Source of the DNA: Acidobacteriota bacterium
GTDB taxonomy: Bacteria > Acidobacteriota > Vicinamibacteria > Vicinamibacterales > 2-12-FULL-66-21
Assembly (NCBI GenBank): GCA_046735335.1
Contig: JBKPTE010000015.1
Location: forward strand, 16,183 to 80,182
Direction: 5' to 3'
Length of the DNA: 64,000 nt
The first letter of the stretch is position 1, and each line of letters opens with the position of its first letter. Made by a program: the position numbers and the translations under genes. Positions 19,643-29,430 of the stretch are shown here, piece after piece. The notes under the pieces are model-generated. The model searched no databases. It was not told the DNA's origin and was given only the letters and a program-made list of their open reading frames with translations.

Positions 19643-20922
19643 CACTTCAATTGCACGCGGTCGAACGAGTCGTACTGCGACATGTCGGACAGAATCACCT
19701 GGTCGCCCGGCTGCAGGCCCTCCACCACTTCGATGGTGTTGACCGAGGCGCGACCCAGCTTCACGTTGACGCGAACGGCTTCGGTGCAGCTCGAACCGGA
19801 GCACCCCGCGGGGAGCGCCTTGAAGATCCCCACCGTGCTGTTCTCCTGACCGAACGCCGGACGTCCGACGTAGATGATGTTGTCCAGCTTTTCGAGCTGA
19901 ATGGTGCCGTCCACGCTCAAATCGGGCCGAGAGCCTGGCGGCAGCGGTTCGTCCATGATGACGTCGACCCCGACGGTGCCGCCCGTCGCGGCGGGGTCGA
20001 TGCGTGAGACGTGTCCTTTGACGATTCCGTTGCGCGTATCGACCTCGGCGTACTGGCCGACGCGGATGTCCTTCGTCTGCGTTTCAGCGATGCGGAGTTC
20101 GGCCTTCAGGTTCGACGGGTTGGCGACGCGGGCCAGGTTGTCTCCGGCCTTCACCTGCGCGCCCACTTCCACCGGGACGACCTGTAGGATGCCGCTCATT
20201 CCGGCCTTGACCTTGAGATCCTCGAGCTGACGCCGACGCAGCTCCCAGACGGTCTTCTTCTGATTCACGTCCGCTTCCTGCGGCGCGAGCTGCGAGTTGA
20301 TCCCCTGGCGCGTGATCTCGAGCCGGCGCTGCGCGAGTGCCAGACGGTTCTTCAGTTCTTCCGCCAGGCCGCGCTTCTGCTTCAACTGCAGCTCCGACAC
20401 GAGGCCGTCCTTGGCGAGTTGCTCGTTTGCCTCGAGATCGAGCGCCGCCTGTTTGTAGGTGGCCTCGATGTTCGCGGTGTCGGCCTCCTGGCTCAGAAGC
20501 GCGCTCTGAAGCTCCGCCTTCTTGTTCACGAACGCGGCTTGCGCGGCTTGATAGGCGAGCTGCGCTTCGGTCACGGACTGCGTCAACTCGGGGTTGCTGA
20601 GCTCGAGGATCACCGTGTCGGGCGTCACGTGCGCATCGGCGGATGCGCGGAGGACGATGCGGTCGACCCGTCCGGACGTCTGCGCCGGAATCCACCGGAT
20701 GTCTTCTGGCACGAGCGTCCCGGAGCCGCGGACCTGGCGCAGCATGGACCCGCGCTTCACGCCGTCGATCCAGACGACCGCCCGATCGACCGTGGGCGCC
20801 GCGGGCTTGAGGCGGGAGACCCCGACCGAGATGAGCGCGATCACCGCGATCGCGACGGTGCCGTAGGCGATGCGGCGGATCCGCTTCTTTCGAGCCTGCG
20901 AAGGTCTTGCAATATCAACCAT
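19642..20922 (-). CDS. Efflux periplasmic adaptor (HlyD/MacA family)
   Basis: TM, coiled coil, lipoyl halves, RPDLSVDG, GLQPGDQVILS. Confidence 0.9.
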   Translation of the reverse strand: MVDIARPSQARKKRIRRIAYGTVAIAVIALISVGVSRLKPAAPTVDRAVVWIDGVKRGSMLRQVRGSGTLVPEDIRWIPAQTSGRVDRIVLRASADAHVTPDTVILELSNPELTQSVTEAQLAYQAAQAAFVNKKAELQSALLSQEADTANIEATYKQAALDLEANEQLAKDGLVSELQLKQKRGLAEELKNRLALAQRRLEITRQGINSQLAPQEADVNQKKTVWELRRRQLEDLKVKAGMSGILQVVPVEVGAQVKAGDNLARVANPSNLKAELRIAETQTKDIRVGQYAEVDTRNGIVKGHVSRIDPAATGGTVGVDVIMDEPLPPGSRPDLSVDGTIQLEKLDNIIYVGRPAFGQENSTVGIFKALPAGCSGSSCTEAVRVNVKLGRASVNTIEVVEGLQPGDQVILSDMSQYDSFDRVQLK

Positions 20923-20980
20923 TGAGCTGCCTCTGCTGTGGCGTGGACGCGATGTTCGAGGCGTCCGGCCAGAACAGATA

Positions 20981-20997
20981 AGCCAAAGCGCGTGCCA
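20981..20997 (-). promoter_or_regulatory. Putative sigma-54 promoter of the efflux operon
   Basis: TGGCACGCGCTTTGGCT (perfect -24, imperfect -12); operon ends in a sigma-54 regulator and kinase. Confidence 0.5.
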
Positions 20998-21209
20998 TGG
21001 CGGATGTTCCGTGAAATCGGCGTGTTTTCAGTTACTTACGTTATGTGCTGGGCGCGGGTTCCGGCGGCATCTGCCCGCTCCCGGAATCGCCGCGTCCCGA
21101 TTTCGAACACCTACTTGCTCCCCTTCGGCGGGCGCGCCTGCGGCGCGCGTCCGAGGTATTCACGGCCGCAAGCATTGGACGAAAGTGGGACGGGTGGGGT
21201 TTGCACTGT

Positions 21210-21283
21210 AATTGGTGAATTGGTGAATTGGTGAATTGGTGAATTGGATTCGCCAATCCACAAGTTCACTAATTCACCATTTA
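21210..21283. repeat. Octamer repeats (AATTGGTG)x4 plus inverted arm
   Basis: AT-rich tandem units followed by ttcactaattcaccattt. Confidence 0.9.
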
Positions 21284-22075
21284 CTCGGGGGACGACACCA
21301 ACACGACGTCCCCGCGCTGCTGACGCACCTCGTAAACGCCAATCCGCTCGCGCGCGGGGCCGCACTTCACCTGACCCGTGGTCGTATCGAACTGCGATCC
21401 GTGCCACAGGCACTGCACGACGCCGCCGACGCAGGCGCCGTCGGCAAGCGATCCGCCGCGGTGCGTGCAGCGATCGTCGAATGCCGTGAAGCCCCGGGCG
21501 GTCTTCGCGAGCACTATCCGCCGGCCGTTCACGATCAGCAGCTTCATCTGATCGTCGGAGAGCTCGTCGGCGGCGGCGACGACCAGGGGCTCACCAGGTT
21601 TGGCCGTGAAGCGCGCTTCCCGCCACTGCCCCTTGTTCGCGTGCCGGTGATCGACGCTCATCAGATTGCGGCTCACGAGCACGCCGCCGATCCAGCCCGA
21701 ATACATGAGGACCATGGCACCGAACAGTTCGAGCAGCAGCGCGCCGGGTGTGACGGTGCCGTGACGCCGAAACCACACGGCAATCGCGAAGAGCAGCAGC
21801 GCAACGACGTTCGCGATCCCGTGGCGCATCGCTCTGCGCTGGCCGGAGCTGCCGGGCGGTACCCGTTTCCAGAAGTCGAGGACGCCCGGGATCGCGGCGA
21901 CCAGACCGGCGGCGATTCCAAGCTGCAGCAGGTGGAAGCCGGTGATCGCCCACGCGGGCTGTCCGCCGAAGTACGCTCCGCCGTCGAACAGAAGAGCTCC
22001 CAGGAGAAAGGCAATCGGGAACGGAATGAGCGCAGGGTGAATCGGGTGCCCCTGGATGTTCGCGTAACTCTTCAT
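21281..22075 (-). CDS. DUF2231 membrane domain fused to a Rieske [2Fe-2S] domain
   Basis: GHPIHPALIPFP start, 4 TM, CTH(RGG) and CLWHGSQF Rieske ligands. Confidence 0.88.
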   Translation of the reverse strand: MKSYANIQGHPIHPALIPFPIAFLLGALLFDGGAYFGGQPAWAITGFHLLQLGIAAGLVAAIPGVLDFWKRVPPGSSGQRRAMRHGIANVVALLLFAIAVWFRRHGTVTPGALLLELFGAMVLMYSGWIGGVLVSRNLMSVDHRHANKGQWREARFTAKPGEPLVVAAADELSDDQMKLLIVNGRRIVLAKTARGFTAFDDRCTHRGGSLADGACVGGVVQCLWHGSQFDTTTGQVKCGPARERIGVYEVRQQRGDVVLVSSPE

Positions 22076-22113
22076 GCGCGGCCCCGTAAGGAATGAAATA
22101 ATCGTTGGCTGCT

Positions 22114-22749
22114 ATGAGCGACATCAGCGACCGCCTGCTCAACGATCTCGTCGATGCCGTCAAGGACATCATCCGCAAGGAGCAGTCGGACCGGCTTCGC
22201 GACGTCTACCTGATTGGCGACATCGACAAGGACAGCGCGCGCATCGCGATCGAGCGGCTGCGCGAGCTGGCGAACGATGGCAGGCGTCCCATCACGTTCT
22301 ACATCAACAGCGCGGGCGGCAACGTGACGGACGGACTCGCGATTCACGATGCGATCAGTTATCTCGTGCACACGGGCGTCGAGATCACCATCGTCGTGCA
22401 GGGCATGGCGTACTCGATGGGCAGCGTGGTGCTCCAGGCCGCCAGTCCGGGCCGCCGCCTCGCCTTCCCGCACTCATGGATCATGATTCACGAGCCCGCG
22501 AAATGGGCAGGCTGGCAATCGACGACCGCCGCCGCACAACACCTGGACCGTTTGAAGCAAATGCAGAGCCAGATCTACCGGATTCTATCCGACCGATCAG
22601 GAAAGCCTCTGCGCCAAATCATCCGCGACACGAAACGAACGGACTTCTACCTCGACGCCGCGAAGGCAAAGGAATACGGCCTGATCGACGAGGTGATGGG
22701 TGAAGCGGTCCCGCCGGTGACCGAAACCCCCCCCGCACCCGCTGTGTAA
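22114..22749 (+). CDS. clpP: ClpP-family protease subunit (divergent paralog)
   Basis: YINSAGG, AYSMG (Ser), IMIHEP (His), RTDFYL (Asp), YGLIDEV. Confidence 0.85.
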   Translation: MSDISDRLLNDLVDAVKDIIRKEQSDRLRDVYLIGDIDKDSARIAIERLRELANDGRRPITFYINSAGGNVTDGLAIHDAISYLVHTGVEITIVVQGMAYSMGSVVLQAASPGRRLAFPHSWIMIHEPAKWAGWQSTTAAAQHLDRLKQMQSQIYRILSDRSGKPLRQIIRDTKRTDFYLDAAKAKEYGLIDEVMGEAVPPVTETPPAPAV

Positions 22750-22792
22750 CGCCCGGCTCGTCTCGGCGTTTCTGCGTTCGTCGGCCGCCACG

Positions 22793-22808
22793 TGGCACGC
22801 GCGTTGCG
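22793..22808 (+). promoter_or_regulatory. Sigma-54 promoter (-24/-12)
   Basis: TGGCAC-GCGCG-TTGC, a consensus match about 50 bp upstream of the kinase-treZ run. Confidence 0.72.
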
Positions 22809-22856
22809 AGCCATGGCTGGGATTGCCGCGGCACGCGCGGCAGACCCGAGGCGAGC

Positions 22857-24392
22857 ATGACGAGCGGGACAGGTTCGTATTCATTTCCGACGCTTCCGGG
22901 TGCCGTGCGTCAGTTCGTTTCGTTCTCGGCCCTGCTGATCGTGATTCTGCTGGCGCGGACGTCGGCGGTCATCGACGAAGGGGGATTGCTCCTCCTGCTC
23001 AGCGTCACGGTGCTCGGCAGCGCCTGGCTCGCGGGCACCGGAACAGCGCTCGCGGTCACCGTGCTCGGCGCGATCTTCGGGGCGCTCGTCGCCGATGAGG
23101 CCACCTCGGCGGCCGTCGGGACGCACCTCGCGCTGTTTCTGGCGCAAGGGCTGCTGCTCATCGCGCTCGTTGCCGCGCTGCGGCGCACCACGCGGCAAGC
23201 GGAGCGCGAGGCGCGGATCGCGCACGCCGCGCGGCTCGAAGGCGAAGCCGCGAACCGGCTGAAAGACGAATTCCTCGCGACGATTTCGCACGAGCTGCGC
23301 ACCCCGCTCAACGCGGTGCTCGGGTGGGTGCATCTGATTCGCAACGGATCGCTCGACGGGCCGACGAGATCGCGCGCCTTCGAGTCGATCGAGCGCAACG
23401 TGCGCCTGCAGGCGCAGCTCACGTCCGACCTGCTCGACGTCTCGAAATCGCTCACCGGCAAGCTCAGGATCGATTCGCGTCCCGTCTCCCTCCACGCGAT
23501 CGTGCGCGAGGCAGCCGCCTCCGTGGCGAGCGCTGCCGATGCGAAGAGTGTGGAGGTGAACACGGTGCTTCCCGCGGAATCGGTCGTCGTGCGCGGCGAT
23601 GCGGACCGGCTCCGCCAGGTGGTCTGGCATCTGCTCGCGAACGCGATCAAGTTCACCCCGCGAAACGGCAGGATCCAGCTCTCGCTCGACGCCAACGAGA
23701 TGGCGTGCATCACCGTGGAGGATACGGGCCCTGGCATCGCGCCCGACTTCCTGCCGCGCGTGTTCGATCGATTCACGCAGGCCGATGCATCGCCGACGCG
23801 CGTGGCCGGCGGCCTCGGCGTCGGCCTCTCGCTCGTCCGCGACCTCGTCGAACGCCATGGCGGCGACATTCAGGCGCGCAATGCCGACGGCGACCGCGGT
23901 GCGGTGTTCACCGTACGATTGCCGCTCCATGCCAGCGATCAGGAGGCGCGCCCGGTCGACGGGACCCCCGTGCATCCGGGGACGTCGGCTCCGCTCGACG
24001 GCGTCCGCGTCCTGCTGCTCGATCGCGATCGCGACGCGCGCGAGCTGCTCGGGCTCGTCCTCGAGCAGCGCGGCGCGACCGTGAGGCTCGTCGGGTCCGT
24101 CGCCGAAGCGCTGGAGGTGCTCGAAGTCTGGCGTCCGGACGTCCTCGTCAGCGACAGCAGCTTCCCGGAGCGCGATTCGTACGCGCTCGTGGCGAAGGTC
24201 CCGTCGCTCGAGAGCGAGCGGGGCGGACGCATCCCCGCGCTGGCGCTCACGACGATGTCGAGGACGGACGAAAGCGTCCGCCGGCTGTTGTCGGACGCGC
24301 AGCGCGATCTGCCGAAGCCCGTCGAGCCCGCCGTGCTCACGGCGGAAATCGCGCGTTTGACCGGGCGCGAGCGCCGCCGGGCGCAGCGCTGA
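22857..24392 (+). CDS. Hybrid sensor histidine kinase with atypical receiver
   Basis: TM sensor, FLATISHELRTPL, NAIKFT, GGLGVGL, degenerate REC. Confidence 0.9.
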   Translation: MTSGTGSYSFPTLPGAVRQFVSFSALLIVILLARTSAVIDEGGLLLLLSVTVLGSAWLAGTGTALAVTVLGAIFGALVADEATSAAVGTHLALFLAQGLLLIALVAALRRTTRQAEREARIAHAARLEGEAANRLKDEFLATISHELRTPLNAVLGWVHLIRNGSLDGPTRSRAFESIERNVRLQAQLTSDLLDVSKSLTGKLRIDSRPVSLHAIVREAAASVASAADAKSVEVNTVLPAESVVVRGDADRLRQVVWHLLANAIKFTPRNGRIQLSLDANEMACITVEDTGPGIAPDFLPRVFDRFTQADASPTRVAGGLGVGLSLVRDLVERHGGDIQARNADGDRGAVFTVRLPLHASDQEARPVDGTPVHPGTSAPLDGVRVLLLDRDRDARELLGLVLEQRGATVRLVGSVAEALEVLEVWRPDVLVSDSSFPERDSYALVAKVPSLESERGGRIPALALTTMSRTDESVRRLLSDAQRDLPKPVEPAVLTAEIARLTGRERRRAQR

Positions 24393-26305
24393 TGGTGACG
24401 GTTCGGACCACCGGGATCCGGCGCCGGCTCAGTGTCGGCGCGGAGCTTCAGCCTGGAGGTGGTGCGCACGTTCGCGTCTGGGCGCCCGCGTGCAAGGCGG
24501 TGGACCTCGTCACCGGATTCGGCTCCGAGGCGCGCGTGCTTCCCATGGAGCGCGAGCCGACCGGACATTTCAACGCGTTCGACGGCGACGCGCGCGCGGG
24601 CAGGACGTACGCGTTCCGGCTCGACGGTGAACGCACGCGTCCCGATCCGGCCTCCCGCTCCCAGCCGCACGGTCCGCACGGCCCCTCCGAGTACGTGGAC
24701 CCGGATCTGTTTGGGTGGACGGATGCGGGTTGGCGCGGTGTAAAGCCGGACGGCCAGGTGATCTACGAGCTCCATACCGGTACGTTCACGCCGGAGGGGA
24801 CGTGGGCGGCGGCGATGGCGCAACTGCCGGAGCTCGCGAGCCTCGGCATCACGATCGTCGAGTTGATGCCCGTCGCCGAAGCGGCCGGCGCATTCGGTTG
24901 GGGCTACGACGGCGTGGATCTCTACGCACCCGCGCACATCTACGGCACGCCGGACGATCTCCGCCGGTTCGTCGACCGCGCGCACTCGGCCGGCCTCGCC
25001 GTCATTCTCGACGTCGTCTACAACCATCTCGGGCCCGACGGCAACTACCTCGACGAATTCTCGCCAGACTATTTCACCGACAAGTACACGAACGATTGGG
25101 GGCGCGCGATCAACTTCGAGGGATCGCCGCCGGCGCGCGAGTTCTTCGTCGAGAACGCAGGGTACTGGATCCACGAGTTTCATCTCGATGGACTACGCCT
25201 GGACGCGACGCAGGACATCAAGGACGCCTCGAGCGACCACGTGATCGCATCAATCGTCGCGCGCGCGCGCGCCGCCGCCGGATCCCGATCGATTCTGATC
25301 GTTGCGGAGAACGAGCCGCAACACACGGGGATCGCACGGCCGCAGCAGGAAGGGGGCTTCGGCGCCGATGCGCTCTGGAACGACGATGCGCATCACACCG
25401 CGGTGGTGGCGCTGACCGGGAGACGCGAAGCGTATTACTCGGATTACCAGGGGTCCGCGCAGGAGCTCGTCTCGTGCATGCGGTGGGGCTATCTCTATCA
25501 GGGGCAGCGGTACTCGTGGCAGAAGAAGCGCCGCGGCACGCCCGCGCTGGATCTCCCGCCGCGCGCATTCGTGTCGTACCTCGAGAACCACGATCAGGTG
25601 GCGAATTCCCCGTTTGGCAGACGGCTCCACGAATTGGCGTCGCCAGCCGCGTATCGCGCGATGACCGCGTGGCTCCTTCTGGGTCCCGAGACGCCAATGC
25701 TCTTTCAGGGCCAGGAGTTCGCCTCGTCGCGGCCGTATCTATACTTCGCGGATCACGCCGGTACGCTGGGCGCGTCCGTTCGCCAGGGGCGGCGCGAGTT
25801 CCTGCAGCAGTTTCCGAGCGTAAAGGACGCCGGCGTCCAGCGTGCGCTGCCGCCGCCCACGGCCGTCGAGACGTTCCTCGCCTGCAAGCTCGATTTGAGC
25901 GAACGCGAGCGGCACGCGTCGGCGTATGCGCTGCACCGGGATCTGCTCGCGCTGCGCCGCGGCGATCCGGTCCTCGCGCGCGCGGGAACGATCAGGCCGG
26001 AGGGCGCAGTGCTCGGGCCGGGCGCGTTCCTGTTGCGATTCATCGATCCGGAGGGCGATCGGTTGATCGTGATCAACCTGGGCTGCGACCTGGACTTCAC
26101 GCCCGCGCGGGAGCCGCTGCTGGCGCCGCCGGCGGGCGCGCGATGGACGTTGGCCTGGAGCAGCGAATCGCCGCGGTACGGAGGCCAGGGGACGCCGGAG
26201 CTCGACTCCGATACCCGCTGGCTGATGCCCGGTGGCTGCGCGCTGCTGTTCACGCCCGTTCGCAGGGAGCACGAGAGCGATGCAGAACCCGACGCGGACG
26301 ATTGA
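24392..26305 (+). CDS. treZ: Malto-oligosyltrehalose trehalohydrolase (GH13)
   Basis: PDPASRSQP, YELHTGTFT, WGYDGV, DVVYNHLGPDGNY, GLRLDA, NHDQVAN. Confidence 0.92.
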   Translation: MVTVRTTGIRRRLSVGAELQPGGGAHVRVWAPACKAVDLVTGFGSEARVLPMEREPTGHFNAFDGDARAGRTYAFRLDGERTRPDPASRSQPHGPHGPSEYVDPDLFGWTDAGWRGVKPDGQVIYELHTGTFTPEGTWAAAMAQLPELASLGITIVELMPVAEAAGAFGWGYDGVDLYAPAHIYGTPDDLRRFVDRAHSAGLAVILDVVYNHLGPDGNYLDEFSPDYFTDKYTNDWGRAINFEGSPPAREFFVENAGYWIHEFHLDGLRLDATQDIKDASSDHVIASIVARARAAAGSRSILIVAENEPQHTGIARPQQEGGFGADALWNDDAHHTAVVALTGRREAYYSDYQGSAQELVSCMRWGYLYQGQRYSWQKKRRGTPALDLPPRAFVSYLENHDQVANSPFGRRLHELASPAAYRAMTAWLLLGPETPMLFQGQEFASSRPYLYFADHAGTLGASVRQGRREFLQQFPSVKDAGVQRALPPPTAVETFLACKLDLSERERHASAYALHRDLLALRRGDPVLARAGTIRPEGAVLGPGAFLLRFIDPEGDRLIVINLGCDLDFTPAREPLLAPPAGARWTLAWSSESPRYGGQGTPELDSDTRWLMPGGCALLFTPVRREHESDAEPDADD

Positions 26306-28331
26306 GCGGCCGCGCGACCGCGAAGGCGAAGCGGCCGACGCCGGCGAGCGCCCGCCCCGCCGCGAATGGCTGGTGAGCAACGGTCTGGGCGGCTACGCGT
26401 CGGGCACCGTCGCGGGCGTCATGACGCGCCGGTACCACGGTCTCCTGATCGCCGCGCTGCCGGCGCCGCTCGGCCGGTTCGTGATGCTGAATCACGTCCT
26501 GGAACGCGTGCGGCTGCCGGATCGACGGGTGATCTGGCTCGGCGACGAGGACGAGGTCGCCGGGCCGAATGCGGCGGACCGCAACGAGCACCTCGCGGAG
26601 TTCCGCCTGGAACTGGGGCTCCCCATCTGGGTGTACCGCATCGAGGCCGTCACGATCGAAAAGCGCGTCCTGATGCCGCACGCGCAGAACACCGTTCATG
26701 TGACGTATCGAGTCGTCGATGGCGACGGCTCGCTGCGCTTCGCGCTGCGGCCGTCCGTGCACTTTCGGCCGCACGAGGCGCCGGTCGACGAGGCGACGCA
26801 TCGCACCTACACGATCTCGGCGACCGAACATCGTTACGAGCTCTCGGCCGGATCGGATTTGCCGGTGCTGCGCCTGGCGCTTCACGGCGGAAGCGCCGCC
26901 CTGACCCTCGATGAAAAGGGAGCGGCGGGCGTGCCGTACCGCATGGAGGAGAGCCGCGGGTATCAGTGGCAGGGGTCGCTCTGGAGCCCGGGATACTTCC
27001 GCGCGGATGCGTCGGCCGGAGAGGCGGTCACGCTGGTTGCCTCAACCGAGCGATGGGAGTCCGTCCAGGCCCTTTCGCCGGATGCCGCGCAAGAGGCCGA
27101 ACGCGAGCGTCGCCGGCGGTTGATCGATATTGCAGGCACGCCGGCGGAGGACGGGTTCGAAGCGGAACTGGTGCTTGCGGCGGATCAATTCATCGTTCGC
27201 CCGGCGGGTCGTGCCGAGGAAGCCGCGCGTGCGCGCGCCGCCGGCGAGGAAGTCCGCACCGTGATCGCCGGCTACCACTGGTTCACGGACTGGGGTCGCG
27301 ACACGATGATCAGCCTCGAAGGCCTGACGCTGACGACCGGCCGGTGGCGCGAGGCGGGCTACATCCTGCGCACGTTCGGCCAGTACGTCCGCGACGGTCT
27401 CATCCCGAACATGTTTCCGGAAGGCGATCGCGAAGGCCTGTACAACACCGCGGACGCGACGTTGTGGTTCTTCCACGCAATGGAACGCTACGTTCAGACG
27501 ACGGGCGACGAGAACGTGCTCCAGCGTCTCCTCCCGACCTTCATCGAGATCGTCCAGTGCCATCTTCGGGGCACCCGATTCGGCATCCACATCGATCCGG
27601 CGGACGGCCTGCTGACGCAGGGGGCGGAAGGCTATCAGCTCACGTGGATGGACGCGAAGGTCGGGGACTGGGTCGTGACGCCCCGGCGCGGAAAAGCGGT
27701 CGAACTGAGCGCGCTGTGGTACAACGCGGTCTGCCTCCTCGATTCGTGGACGCGGCGCTATGGCGGCGGAGAAGGGCTGAATCTGGCCGATCACGCGCGC
27801 CAGACGCGCGACTCGTTCAACAAGCGGTTCTGGTACGACAAGGGCGGTTACCTCTATGATGTCGTCGACGGCGAGCATGGGGATGATGCGTCCTGTCGTC
27901 CGAATCAGGTGTTCTCGATTTCGTTGCCGCACCCGGTGCTCGATCGCGCGCGCTGGCCGCGCGTCCTCGAGGTCGTCGAACAGAAGCTGCTCACGCCTGT
28001 TGGCCTGCGATCGCTGGCCCCCGGGAGCCCCGACTACAGGCCGCGCTACTACGGCGATCTCCGTTCGCGGGACGCGGCGTACCATCAAGGGACGGTCTGG
28101 GCGTGGCTGATCGGCCCGTTCGTCGACGCCTGGATGAAAGTGCACGCCGGCGATCGCGCCGGCGCGCGGCGGCTCCTGGAAGGCTTCGAGCAGCACCTGA
28201 ACGACGCGTGCGTTGGATCGATCAGCGAGATCTTCGACGCCGACGCGCCGTTCCTGCCGCGCGGCTGCATCGCCCAGGCGTGGAGCGTGGCCGAGGTCCT
28301 GCGGTCGTGGGCCCAGACGTCTGCGGACTGA
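26280..28331 (+). CDS. Glycogen debranching enzyme (amylo-alpha-1,6-glucosidase)
   Basis: EWLVSNGLGGYAS, AGYHWFTDWGRDTMISL, TWMDAK, YHQGTVW, QAWSVAE. Confidence 0.93.
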   Translation: MQNPTRTIERPRDREGEAADAGERPPRREWLVSNGLGGYASGTVAGVMTRRYHGLLIAALPAPLGRFVMLNHVLERVRLPDRRVIWLGDEDEVAGPNAADRNEHLAEFRLELGLPIWVYRIEAVTIEKRVLMPHAQNTVHVTYRVVDGDGSLRFALRPSVHFRPHEAPVDEATHRTYTISATEHRYELSAGSDLPVLRLALHGGSAALTLDEKGAAGVPYRMEESRGYQWQGSLWSPGYFRADASAGEAVTLVASTERWESVQALSPDAAQEAERERRRRLIDIAGTPAEDGFEAELVLAADQFIVRPAGRAEEAARARAAGEEVRTVIAGYHWFTDWGRDTMISLEGLTLTTGRWREAGYILRTFGQYVRDGLIPNMFPEGDREGLYNTADATLWFFHAMERYVQTTGDENVLQRLLPTFIEIVQCHLRGTRFGIHIDPADGLLTQGAEGYQLTWMDAKVGDWVVTPRRGKAVELSALWYNAVCLLDSWTRRYGGGEGLNLADHARQTRDSFNKRFWYDKGGYLYDVVDGEHGDDASCRPNQVFSISLPHPVLDRARWPRVLEVVEQKLLTPVGLRSLAPGSPDYRPRYYGDLRSRDAAYHQGTVWAWLIGPFVDAWMKVHAGDRAGARRLLEGFEQHLNDACVGSISEIFDADAPFLPRGCIAQAWSVAEVLRSWAQTSAD

Positions 28332-28353
28332 CGATTGACTACTGCCCATTGCC

Positions 28354-29430
28354 GTGACGCTCGAAGATCTCGGCTGGTCACCGCGGCTCGAGGAGGCGTT
28401 TGCGCAGCACCGCGGCCCGGACATCGTCGCGGCCCGCGTGAGCCGCGAGCATACGCACATCTATCGCGTGATTGGTTCCGATGGCGAGCGGCTTGCCCGC
28501 GTCTCGGGGCGGCTTCGCCACGGCGTCGCGGCGCGCGCGGATTTTCCGGCGGTTGGCGACTGGGTCGCTGTCGAGATCCCGCCCACCGGCGGGGATGCGC
28601 GCATTCGCGCGGTGCTTCCGCGCTCCAGCCGGTTTTCACGGCGTGCTGCCGGCGATCCCACGGAAGAGCAGGTGATCGCCGCGAACATCGACGTCGTGTT
28701 CCTCGTGTCCGGCCTCGACGGCGATTTCAATCCGCGGCGCATCGAAAGGTATCTCCTGACGGCCTGGGACAGCGGCGCCGCCGCCGTCATCGTCCTCAAC
28801 AAGGCGGATCTCGTCGACGATCCGGGCGTCTTCGTGCGCGAGGTGGACGCGATTGCGCAGGGGACGCCGGTTCTCGTCGTGTCAGCCGCGCAGCCGGCAT
28901 CTCTCGACGCGCTCCGTCGACATCTCGGTGCTGGGCGAACGGGCGCGCTCCTTGGATCGTCAGGGGTGGGAAAGTCGTCGATCGCGAACGCACTGGTGGG
29001 GGAGGAAGTGTTCGCGACGCGCGAGGTGCGCGAGAGCGACAGCCGCGGGCGTCACACCAGCACGCGGCGCGAGCTGATTCTTCTTCCCGGCGGTGGCATC
29101 CTGATCGACACACCAGGGATGCGCGAACTGCAGCTGTGGGACACCGGCGAGTCGCTGACCGGTGCGTTCGCGGACATCGAGGCGCTCGCGGCGTCGTGCC
29201 GGTTTCGAGATTGCCGCCACGCGGGCGAACCGGGATGTGCCGTCGTCGAAGCGGTCGAGGACGGCAGGCTCGGCGCCGGACGCCTCGAGAGCTATCACAA
29301 GCTGCGCCTCGAGCAGGAACATCAGAGCCGCCAGCAGGACGTCCGCGCGCAGCTCGAACAGAAGCGCCGGTTCAAGATACTGACGAAGGCTGCGAACAAG
29401 CGGATACGGGAGAAGCGTCACGACTCGTGA
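28354..29430 (+). CDS. rsgA: Ribosome small subunit-dependent GTPase A
   Basis: NKADL, GSSGVGKSS, GRHTS, DTPGMRE, CRFRDCRH..EPGC. Confidence 0.96.
   Translation: MTLEDLGWSPRLEEAFAQHRGPDIVAARVSREHTHIYRVIGSDGERLARVSGRLRHGVAARADFPAVGDWVAVEIPPTGGDARIRAVLPRSSRFSRRAAGDPTEEQVIAANIDVVFLVSGLDGDFNPRRIERYLLTAWDSGAAAVIVLNKADLVDDPGVFVREVDAIAQGTPVLVVSAAQPASLDALRRHLGAGRTGALLGSSGVGKSSIANALVGEEVFATREVRESDSRGRHTSTRRELILLPGGGILIDTPGMRELQLWDTGESLTGAFADIEALAASCRFRDCRHAGEPGCAVVEAVEDGRLGAGRLESYHKLRLEQEHQSRQQDVRAQLEQKRRFKILTKAANKRIREKRHDS

Noticed and set aside
23324-24391. Long N-terminal extensions of TreZ (and similarly hpt, the second antiporter, the ABC permease and bshC)
   Set aside because: Arg/Pro-rich shadow frames typical of high-GC DNA; real starts overlap the upstream stops or lie downstream
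29372-29430. Convergent 3' overlap of rsgA and the radical SAM gene
   Set aside because: Short tail overlaps are common in high-GC genomes; no sign of function
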